Of a DNA stretch of 21,855 bases, positions 8,274-16,466 are shown piece after piece. The DNA comes from Pseudomonadota bacterium (GTDB lineage: Bacteria > Bdellovibrionota_G > JALEGL01 > DATDPG01), in assembly GCA_043804515.1 (NCBI GenBank), contig JAZDIZ010000200.1, positions 1 to 21,855 of the forward strand, in the 5' to 3' direction. A program made the position numbers and the translations under genes. The number at the start of each line of letters is the position of its first letter. The stretch's first letter is position 1. The notes below the pieces were generated by a model that saw only the letters and a program-made list of their open reading frames with translations, was not told where the DNA came from and did no database searches.

Positions 8274-8657
8274 ATGGATCGTTCTCGCTTCCGCTTGGGT
8301 CTTCTTTTTTTGTTCCCCGCATTTTTCGTTCTTTTTGCCGCGTGCTCCTCGACGAAGGAGGCACCCGCGCCGGAACGGGTATCGAAAGACACTTCTCAGC
8401 TTTCCCGGGCGCTGACAGAGCAGACGTTGCCCATCGACGTGTGCGGCGACGGAGTGGTGGATACGGGTGAGTCCTGCGACGGAGGGCCCTGCTGCACGCG
8501 GGACTGCAAGTTGGTTCCCGCGGATTGGAAGGTGATTTGCGATCCGGTGGCCGGGACGGCCTGTCCGGGGAGCAGCCCGGAGTGCCCGACCAATAGGCTT
8601 GCGCAGATCCAAGCCGGGGTCCGGGTATACGACCCGGCCCGGGGGGTGACGCCATGA
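8274..8657 (+). CDS. Lipoprotein with a Cys-rich (myxobacterial Cys-repeat / disintegrin-like) module
   Basis: GGGAGG RBS then ATG 8274. Signal peptide with lipobox LFAA-C. Module CGDGVVDTGESCDGGPCCTRDCKL...ICD...CPGSSPECP has 8 Cys. Its stop overlaps the RHS start (ATGA). Confidence 0.82.
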   Translation: MDRSRFRLGLLFLFPAFFVLFAACSSTKEAPAPERVSKDTSQLSRALTEQTLPIDVCGDGVVDTGESCDGGPCCTRDCKLVPADWKVICDPVAGTACPGSSPECPTNRLAQIQAGVRVYDPARGVTP

Positions 8658-11600
8658 TTTTCAATCATTTCAATCGTCGTTGGGTGGTCCTGGCGGCAAT
8701 CGCCGCTTTTTCGCTTTTCCTCTTTCAACGTCCGCTCGGCGCGACTTTCATGATTTTGGCCGACGGCGATCCGTGGATCAAAGAAGGAGGAAGCGGGCCC
8801 GGCGGACCGCCCCATCGAAAGTGTTCCATCGATTTTTGGGAGTTCGGCGACGATTTCGGCTGCAAGCCCACGGAACTTCCCCAGGAATGGGACCCGGACG
8901 GGCGGTGCAGGGCCGGGGACCCCGGCTGCATCGGGTACGGCACGCCGATCCGGCCGACCGGCGGAGGCCAGACATGGGACGCCTCGGACCCTCTCACGGG
9001 CTCGCCTGTGGCGATTCCCGTTCCGTGGGGCTTCGGCGGGGGAGTGGAAGGTGTCGATCCCCGCGGCGGCGGTTACGGGAGCGCGATCGCGATCGATGTG
9101 CCTCCGTATCACGGCCTGGAACCGAGGATCTCGTTGGGATACAGCTCGGGGGCCCAGAACGGGTTCGTGGGTGTGGGCTGGGGACTCTCCGGACTCTCGG
9201 TTCTGACCGCGTTCTCGGGGGGCGGCTCCTATCTGCAGCTGGACGGCACGGACCGGTTCTTCCTGGACGGCACGGAGATCTTTTCTTGTGTAACGGCGCA
9301 CGATGCGACGCCGGGCTGCGATCCGGCGTACGGCGATCCTTCCGCCATCAAATATTTCTCGAAAGTGGAGGGGTTTCAGCGGATCGAGTTTCGGCCCAAT
9401 GCTTATCGTTCCGGCGGGACCTGGAAGGTCACCCAACCCGACGGCACCCGGGTCACGTACGGTCAGCTCTTCAAGTATGACCAGGGCTTCGGCCAAACGA
9501 GCGGACTGACGGTCACGTCCTACGTTTACCGCTGGGCCGTCCAGAAGATCGAAGATCTTCACGGGAACCACGTGGATTTCGTTTGGGCTTTTGATCCGGG
9601 ATCCACGTTTTACGGCGATTTCTATCCGGATTCGATCGGCTACAACGGAAACGAGATCCGTTTCTACCGGGAGACCCGCCCCGACGTCGTCCTGCGTGCG
9701 ACGGGAGGCGTGATCCCGACCGAAACGGCCTTCCGCCTCAAGGCGGTCGCCGTCTACGTGGGCGGGAGTCTGCGCTCCTTGCACCGTGTCGATTACACGA
9801 TGTCCGCCACGAACCGAAGCCGCGTTCAAGACGTGAAAGTCTTCGGCACGAATGCGCACGTCACGGCCTCCGGAGACGTGGACAACGGCGCGGTCTCGTT
9901 GCCGTTGGCGACGTACACCTATACCGATCCCTCGCCCTCCTTGGGCGGCGCGATCACGACGGGGGTTTCGGGGAAATTCTGCTCACCCCCTTCCTATAAC
10001 GCCACGACCCCCATTTCGAACATGTGGGATTCGCTCAATCACACTTTGTACACCACGATCGGCAGCCCCGATCTGGACCCGGCTCTCGTGCCGGCGGATC
10101 TGAATAACGACGGTTGCATGGACTTCCTGGTCGAGGAATACCGCGGCGGCGTCAACGAAGTCCGGGCCTACCTCTCGAACTGCGACGGAACGTTCGGCTC
10201 CGCGATAACGACCGCGTTGAGCGGAGGGCACACGCCGATCAGTCTGGGGGATTTCAACGGCGACGGAATATTGGATTTCTTCTACCTCACGTCGTATTCG
10301 GGCACGACATCCTATCACGCGGCGATCACGCTCTATCTGGGTGACGGCACGGGGCATTTCAACTACTTCACGGCGACCTCGACGGCCAAGCTCCCCGTGC
10401 GGGAAATCCCGCCGAGGGAATTCAACGGGGTGGGCATCAAGTACTGGGATCCCTCCGCTTGGACGTGGAAGAACATCACGAATCACCTCAGCATCGATTC
10501 CTACGTGCGCGCCCGGGCCACAAAGCTACGCGTGGCCGACATGAACGGGGACGGGTGCGACGACATCGTCTCGTTCAACGGCTGTGAATACATCGGGGAC
10601 GCCGATTGCGGCGCCCGAACGATGACCGTGTATTTCTCCAAGTGCACGGATTCGTCCGGCGCCTTCCAGGGATTCGACCTGGGGTCGGGCACCACCGCCC
10701 AGGGCGACTCCAAAGGCGTCGCAACCAACGTCAAGCTCTTCATACACGGGATGAACAGACCGCTTTCGGCCGACGGAGGCACGATCAGCGATTATATCGG
10801 GCATGCGGGGTACCTCCTGGGCGACGTTCTGCGCTGCCAATTCGCCGACTTCAACAACGACGGCCGGCCCGACGTCTACTGCATCGAACCGAGTTCCTCC
10901 GGGTACGGCTACGGATACATGGCCGTCTTTCTTTCGGAAGGGAATACCGGCACCAGGTTCCTGCTCAATTCGAATGCCGGGCCCTACATCTTCTCCAACA
11001 ATTATTACGGCTACTTCGTCGCGCGCACCGGGGACCAATATCCGTATTCGATGATGATGCGGCCGGCGGACGTCAACGGGGACGGCTTCACGGATATCAT
11101 CGTGTTCCCCGCCGCCACGGCGCATTCGGCCGCGTCACAGGTCTTCCTTAACTTGGGGAACGGCCGGTTCGGCGGGCCGTACACCGGTCCGGATCAGGAT
11201 TTCAGCGAATGGGTCACGGCCTACAATCTGAGGCTCCCGCAATTCGGGAGGATCCCGACGAGCGATTGGGACGGGGACGGGAAGGCCGATTACGGCCAAT
11301 TCGATCCGGCAAGCAAGACGTTCCACATGAACCTGTCGTCCGGCCGGACGCTTCCCGGCCCCTCGATGCGGCAGCCCACCTGTTTCTTCCCGGGCGATTA
11401 CAACGGGGACGGCCAGGTCGACCTCGCCGTGGCGAAAGACTTTGGCGATTTCACCGGACCGGTCACCGTCTATCCGACGGATTCGGGCGTGCCCGACCTC
11501 CTCACGCAGGTCCGGAACGGCATCGGCGGCACCGAAACGATCGAGTACGAGAGGAGAACGGACCTGGTCCATGAAGACCGTTCGTTCGGAGCGAAGAACG

Positions 11601-14600
11601 TTCCGATCCCGATGTTGATCGTGAAATCGGTCACGAAATCGAGCGGGTCGCAGGTGATCCGCACGGCGTACGATTTCGAGGGGGCCAAGATAGACCGGAG
11701 CGATCCGGACGGCGCGCGTTTCCTCGGCTTCGCCTCGATGCGCAAGACGATTCCCCATGCGTACGGCCAGATCCAGGATGTCGTGACCAAATCGTATTTC
11801 GATCAGGATCCGAACGGTTCCAAACTCTGGAAAACGGAGTCGTACCTCGACAATAGCGGTCTTGTGGGGCCGATGCTCTCCCGGACGACCCGAACGTACG
11901 ATCTCCCCGCGAAGAATTTCCCGTACCTGGTGAATCTCTCCCAGACGGATTACGAGGCGTACGAACCCTCTTGTACGCTCGTGGGCGGTTACCGCATATG
12001 CACCGGCAGCACCCTCGTCTCACACAAGAGGACTCGGTATCCGGACCACGACGCCTACGGCAACGTCACGAGGGCGATCGAGGACGGGGATATCTCCGTT
12101 TCCGGGGACGAGTTCACGTCGGCGCGCACGTTCGTTTCGAACCTCGACAAGTTCATGTTGCGGGTTCCCTCGACGGCGCGCGTGTACGCCGGAACGGACA
12201 CGAGCCGGGATAACCTGATCGCCGAAACGCTTTTCTACACCGATAACCAGACGGATCCGTCCGCGCCTCCGAAGGATTTCGGCCAGGTCACGCGTGTGGA
12301 CCGGCTCATCTGTACGGACTGTTTGGTTTCGTTCAGTCAAAGACTCGTCTCCACGCTAATGATGGCCTTTAAGATGCCCGTGGACGACCCCGTCGGCGGA
12401 GGCAATCCCAGCTATGCCACGGTTGAAATGGGCTACGACAATTTCGGAAACCTGCTCTGGAGCCAAGACGCGCTCGGCTACCGGACGACGCGCCAGTACG
12501 ACGTAACGTACAACCTCTTCCCCGTTTCCACGACGAACGCCCTGAATCAGGCGACCGTGACGGGGTGGGACTATGTCTGCGGTTTTCCGACATCCGTCAC
12601 GAACGCCAATCTTAAGACGTCCAGGACGTACCTGGATAACTATTGCCGTTCGGTCCGGTCGGAGGGACCGGAGGGGAACTACCGCCGGACCGCATATTGC
12701 GATGCCACGCCGGAAGGTTGCGGAGATCCCTCCGTCCAGCACGTCACGATGTACGGCCCCAAAGCCTCAGGAAGCGGGGAACTTTCGGCCAAGTCGTACT
12801 TCGACGGCCTCGGCCGCGGATACAAGACCGAGCAGGAGGCGGAGACTTCCGGCCAGACGGTCCTGGTGAAGACCCAGTTCGACGGGCAGGGAAACCCGTA
12901 CAGGGTTTCGTATCCGTACGCTTCGGACTCCTCGCCGGACAAGTGGGTCGAGACCCACGTGGATCCCCTGGGGCGGACGATCGAAACGATCCTTCCCGAC
13001 GGGTCGTCGTCCACGGCCCAGTATTCGGGCTTCACGGTCACGTCGACCGACCCGGCCGGGCGCAAAAAGCGAACGACAGTGGACACGCTCGGCCGGACGA
13101 CGCTCATCGAACGGATGACGGACGGCGTATTCAAGACCGTGCAATCGTTCACCTATGATGCCGCCGGCAACCTCGCCAGCCTGACCGACGCGTCAGGGGC
13201 CAGGGAGATCTACACGTACGATCTTCTCGGCCGCCTCCAGGCCGTGCAATCCCCTCATATCGGGACGCGGACGGTGACGTACGACGCCGACGGGCGCTTG
13301 CTGAACCTGAGAGACGCGAAGGGCCAGAACACGTCGTTCGTGTACGACGCCCTCGGGCGCGCGACCCGAAGGACCATCCGGGACGAAAACGGAAGAGCGG
13401 TCAGCTACTCCTATTTTTACGATCAGGTCCGGCCCGGATTCTCGAACATCGGCGGGCTCACGACTTCGACGGGTCCTTCGGAAAACAATCTTTTCAATTA
13501 CGACGCCGGCGGGAGACTGGTTTCTGCGACACGGATCATCGACGGTATCGCCTACGGCTTCCAGTGGTGGTACGACGCGGACGGGCGCGTCCTCGCCCAG
13601 AAATACCCGGACAATGATTACGTCGGCACGCCGGAAAATCCCATGACGTACGATATTTACGGGAGGCTCAAAACGATCCCCGATTACGTCTCCAACGCGA
13701 TATACGATCCCGTGGACGGCTCCCTTACGGAACTGGATTACGCCAACGGCGAGAAGATTCTCTACCAGTACGATCCCGCCCGGAAATGGCTGACGCAGAT
13801 CGAAACGCGGGATTCTTCCGGGACGCCCACGGAACGCCTTTCCTACCAATCCTTTGATCCCGTCGGGAAACTTCTCTCCATGCAGACGCTCAGCGGAGCG
13901 CAGTGGACGTACCAATATGACGAGCTGGACGATCTCACCCGTGTGGTTTTCAACGATCCCGCGGCTCCGAGCAGGTCCTTCGAGCAGACGCTCGATTACG
14001 AACTCAACGGGAACCTGAAGTGCAACAGCGGGTTCTCTTCCAATTCCCGGCTCTGCCGGACCGCTTCGAATCAACCCACGGGCAGCCGCAATTATTTCTA
14101 CGACGCGCTCAAGCCGCATGCCGTGAGTACGATCACGGGCGGCCTGCTTCCCGACATGTCCTTTGACTACGACGCGAACGGGAACATGAAACAGCGGAAC
14201 ACAGGCCAGAGCACTGCCATTCTCTGGAACAGCGCCGCCCGCCCCGTATCGATCGGGAACACGCGATTCGTCTATGACACCCGGAACACCCGTCTCAAGA
14301 AGATCGCGCCCTCGGGAGCCGTCACGCTGTTCCTGGGATACGGCGCCCAGATCTTTGGCGGTACGTTCGAGAAGGAAGTCTATTTCGGCGGCACGCCCGT
14401 GGCCCGGAAGAGGAACACGACGACGGGGTGGCTCCACACCGACCGGACGGGCTCCGTGTATCGCGTCGCCAACGACCGGGGCCAGGAACGGTGGAGGCGC
14501 GATTACCGGCCGTACGGGGGGGAAATCGCGTCCGCTCAGGCCGATCAGACGGACTCGAACCGCCGTTTCACGAATGCGTGGGCCGACGACGAGACGGGTC

Positions 14601-15775
14601 TTATGTTCATGAACGCCCGGTATTACGATCCGCTGACGGGGAAGTTCGTCTCCCCCGATCCGGTGCGCTCGACTTCCTTCGCGCAAGGCTCGAATGTCTA
14701 TCAATACGCGGCCAACGACCCGGTGAATAAGAAAGATGTCTCGGGCCTCACACCGGATTTTGTTTATAGGCAAAGCGAATATTCAATCGACGGCAACGTT
14801 CTGTATCGGGGTTTTTCGCTCGACACTTACATGGGAGACAGCGCCTGGTCTCACAGGAGGGCCTGCCAAATTTGCGGAGGCGTCTCCGTCGAGGTGAGCG
14901 CAACCCGACCACCCGTTCAGACGGATCCGCCCGCATTACGGGGATCTTCCGGAAACGGGGCGTCGGTCGGAGGGGGAGGAGGGAGCCCGGGCACCGGACT
15001 CCAAGCAATGGATGTCCCTCCCCCCCCTAAGCCGGGTGTCGTCGCGCAAGCGGATCTTCCCGAAATGGATCTCAGCCAGGGATACAACTTCGGCCTCAGC
15101 ATGGTGGACATGTGGATCGGTTCGAAAGCGGGCGGAAACCTGGCCGAGATGGCGAGGGGGATGCTTTACAACCTGGCGCTGGATGACGCCATGCGTGCAT
15201 ACACGGCCGCGGACCACACGGCCGTGCACACGGGTCCTCAGGGCGCCAACGATTTCCAGGTGGCGGGCGCCGCGATCATGAACGTAGCCGGGCCGGTCGT
15301 CGGTTGGGTCAAGCAGCATGTTTACGCCGCGGCTTCGGGAGGCGGCCAGGAAGTCCGCGTCAGCGGCCGTGGGGACCCGTCGGTGGGAGGTGCCAAGGTC
15401 ACGGGCATCATCGGATCGGGCATAAGCGCAAGCGTAGGCATAGCCGCGGTCGAGACCGGCGGTGGGGTCCTCCTCTCCGAAGGTGAAAAAGTACCTGTCT
15501 GGCACTCGGCCCTTGTGGTGGGAGAGGGTTTGGTCGTCAAGTTCGGGAACGAGAGGCCTTTGGAGGGGCCGGATGTGGGCACGTCTCTCTATTATGTGGG
15601 TGTTGGCAAGGGGGTACATGCTCCGGGCATATATCCCGTTATTGCGGCGGCCGACGCAACCACTGGATTTCAATGGAGGGTTCCGGATGGGGCGAACAAC
15701 TGGCCGTCCGACCAAGACCTGATCAACGGTGCCGCGGGGGACCAACGCTTCTGGAACAGCTGGGGCCCGCCCTAG
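8654..15775 (+). CDS. Large exported RHS/YD-repeat protein (SpvB-like N-terminus, 7 FG-GAP/VCBS repeats, TcdB-mid-like region, RHS core, unknown C-terminal cargo)
   Basis: N-terminal hydrophobic signal. SpvB-type PRISLGYSS..NGFVGVGWGL. Seven DxNxDGxxD-type repeats. PDLLTQVRNGIGG..RFLGF. Many YD repeats. Core HTDRTGS, ETGLMFMNARYYDPLTGKFVSPDP and NVYQYAANDPVNKKDVSGL. Confidence 0.95.
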   Translation: MIFNHFNRRWVVLAAIAAFSLFLFQRPLGATFMILADGDPWIKEGGSGPGGPPHRKCSIDFWEFGDDFGCKPTELPQEWDPDGRCRAGDPGCIGYGTPIRPTGGGQTWDASDPLTGSPVAIPVPWGFGGGVEGVDPRGGGYGSAIAIDVPPYHGLEPRISLGYSSGAQNGFVGVGWGLSGLSVLTAFSGGGSYLQLDGTDRFFLDGTEIFSCVTAHDATPGCDPAYGDPSAIKYFSKVEGFQRIEFRPNAYRSGGTWKVTQPDGTRVTYGQLFKYDQGFGQTSGLTVTSYVYRWAVQKIEDLHGNHVDFVWAFDPGSTFYGDFYPDSIGYNGNEIRFYRETRPDVVLRATGGVIPTETAFRLKAVAVYVGGSLRSLHRVDYTMSATNRSRVQDVKVFGTNAHVTASGDVDNGAVSLPLATYTYTDPSPSLGGAITTGVSGKFCSPPSYNATTPISNMWDSLNHTLYTTIGSPDLDPALVPADLNNDGCMDFLVEEYRGGVNEVRAYLSNCDGTFGSAITTALSGGHTPISLGDFNGDGILDFFYLTSYSGTTSYHAAITLYLGDGTGHFNYFTATSTAKLPVREIPPREFNGVGIKYWDPSAWTWKNITNHLSIDSYVRARATKLRVADMNGDGCDDIVSFNGCEYIGDADCGARTMTVYFSKCTDSSGAFQGFDLGSGTTAQGDSKGVATNVKLFIHGMNRPLSADGGTISDYIGHAGYLLGDVLRCQFADFNNDGRPDVYCIEPSSSGYGYGYMAVFLSEGNTGTRFLLNSNAGPYIFSNNYYGYFVARTGDQYPYSMMMRPADVNGDGFTDIIVFPAATAHSAASQVFLNLGNGRFGGPYTGPDQDFSEWVTAYNLRLPQFGRIPTSDWDGDGKADYGQFDPASKTFHMNLSSGRTLPGPSMRQPTCFFPGDYNGDGQVDLAVAKDFGDFTGPVTVYPTDSGVPDLLTQVRNGIGGTETIEYERRTDLVHEDRSFGAKNVPIPMLIVKSVTKSSGSQVIRTAYDFEGAKIDRSDPDGARFLGFASMRKTIPHAYGQIQDVVTKSYFDQDPNGSKLWKTESYLDNSGLVGPMLSRTTRTYDLPAKNFPYLVNLSQTDYEAYEPSCTLVGGYRICTGSTLVSHKRTRYPDHDAYGNVTRAIEDGDISVSGDEFTSARTFVSNLDKFMLRVPSTARVYAGTDTSRDNLIAETLFYTDNQTDPSAPPKDFGQVTRVDRLICTDCLVSFSQRLVSTLMMAFKMPVDDPVGGGNPSYATVEMGYDNFGNLLWSQDALGYRTTRQYDVTYNLFPVSTTNALNQATVTGWDYVCGFPTSVTNANLKTSRTYLDNYCRSVRSEGPEGNYRRTAYCDATPEGCGDPSVQHVTMYGPKASGSGELSAKSYFDGLGRGYKTEQEAETSGQTVLVKTQFDGQGNPYRVSYPYASDSSPDKWVETHVDPLGRTIETILPDGSSSTAQYSGFTVTSTDPAGRKKRTTVDTLGRTTLIERMTDGVFKTVQSFTYDAAGNLASLTDASGAREIYTYDLLGRLQAVQSPHIGTRTVTYDADGRLLNLRDAKGQNTSFVYDALGRATRRTIRDENGRAVSYSYFYDQVRPGFSNIGGLTTSTGPSENNLFNYDAGGRLVSATRIIDGIAYGFQWWYDADGRVLAQKYPDNDYVGTPENPMTYDIYGRLKTIPDYVSNAIYDPVDGSLTELDYANGEKILYQYDPARKWLTQIETRDSSGTPTERLSYQSFDPVGKLLSMQTLSGAQWTYQYDELDDLTRVVFNDPAAPSRSFEQTLDYELNGNLKCNSGFSSNSRLCRTASNQPTGSRNYFYDALKPHAVSTITGGLLPDMSFDYDANGNMKQRNTGQSTAILWNSAARPVSIGNTRFVYDTRNTRLKKIAPSGAVTLFLGYGAQIFGGTFEKEVYFGGTPVARKRNTTTGWLHTDRTGSVYRVANDRGQERWRRDYRPYGGEIASAQADQTDSNRRFTNAWADDETGLMFMNARYYDPLTGKFVSPDPVRSTSFAQGSNVYQYAANDPVNKKDVSGLTPDFVYRQSEYSIDGNVLYRGFSLDTYMGDSAWSHRRACQICGGVSVEVSATRPPVQTDPPALRGSSGNGASVGGGGGSPGTGLQAMDVPPPPKPGVVAQADLPEMDLSQGYNFGLSMVDMWIGSKAGGNLAEMARGMLYNLALDDAMRAYTAADHTAVHTGPQGANDFQVAGAAIMNVAGPVVGWVKQHVYAAASGGGQEVRVSGRGDPSVGGAKVTGIIGSGISASVGIAAVETGGGVLLSEGEKVPVWHSALVVGEGLVVKFGNERPLEGPDVGTSLYYVGVGKGVHAPGIYPVIAAADATTGFQWRVPDGANNWPSDQDLINGAAGDQRFWNSWGPP

Positions 15776-15781
15776 AATTCG

Positions 15782-16462
15782 ATGACACGTGTGTGGCATA
15801 ATCCCGGCGTCGTGAGCCGGTTTCGAATCCTCCTGCCCCTCGCCTTGGTGGCGGGTCTGTGCACGGCGTCTCAGGCGTGTCCCACAAGCGATTCGCAGGC
15901 CGCTGACGAAGGCGACGTCGCGCCGGATACCACGTTTGCGGCGGCCCAACCTGCGGCATACGATCTCATCCGGATCAGTTACAAGTACTCCGACGTCTTG
16001 GCTGGAACGCTCGACGAAAATCTCAAGGCGATGATCGAGTCCGTGAACAATGCGTGTAAAGACGGCGCCTACCGGGCACGGCTCATGTTCTGGGGAAATA
16101 TTTTCGCCGGCCGAGAGCACTCATGGGACGCTTACACCGTCGTGAAATTCGTCAGCGTACGAAGAGACCGTAGCGAACCCTTCAGATTGCATCTCATGAA
16201 TGATGCCGGCGGCACTTGGGGTTTGGACGTCCGCGTTGTCTCACGGGCGCTCAACGTCCAATTGGTTGTCGGGGGTCGGAAAGAAGTCATCAATGGAATC
16301 GACGTTTTCAGCCTTTTCGACGCGGGCAAGACGCAGGTTCAGCTTCGAAAGTTCGACGGGTTGAAAGTCGCCCCGGTCGGCGATCCCCAATTGTGGACCG
16401 GCTACCTCGATATGCAAAAGACGCCCAAAAGACGCGCGGCGCAGCTGAGTCAGGTCTATTAG
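15782..16462 (+). CDS. Exported hypothetical protein, candidate immunity protein for the RHS cargo
   Basis: Only 6 bp separate it from the RHS stop, same strand. Signal peptide RFRILLPLALVAGLCTASQA. The immunity role is positional inference only. Confidence 0.7.
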   Translation: MTRVWHNPGVVSRFRILLPLALVAGLCTASQACPTSDSQAADEGDVAPDTTFAAAQPAAYDLIRISYKYSDVLAGTLDENLKAMIESVNNACKDGAYRARLMFWGNIFAGREHSWDAYTVVKFVSVRRDRSEPFRLHLMNDAGGTWGLDVRVVSRALNVQLVVGGRKEVINGIDVFSLFDAGKTQVQLRKFDGLKVAPVGDPQLWTGYLDMQKTPKRRAAQLSQVY

Positions 16463-16466
16463 CCTG

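Noticed and set aside
8654..8740. Tat signal in the RHS N-terminus (NRRW)
   Set aside because: Lacks the S/T-R-R-x-F-L-K consensus and fits a Sec signal better.
15368..15376. RGD tripeptide in the RHS cargo (tempting given the integrin/disintegrin-like modules)
   Set aside because: A tripeptide is expected by chance in a Gly-rich 2373-aa protein, and there is no conservation evidence.
8396..16120. Long antisense ORFs (8396..9859, 13193..14773, 14936..16120 and others)
   Set aside because: Shadow frames opposite well-supported genes in GC-rich DNA, with no recognisable motifs.
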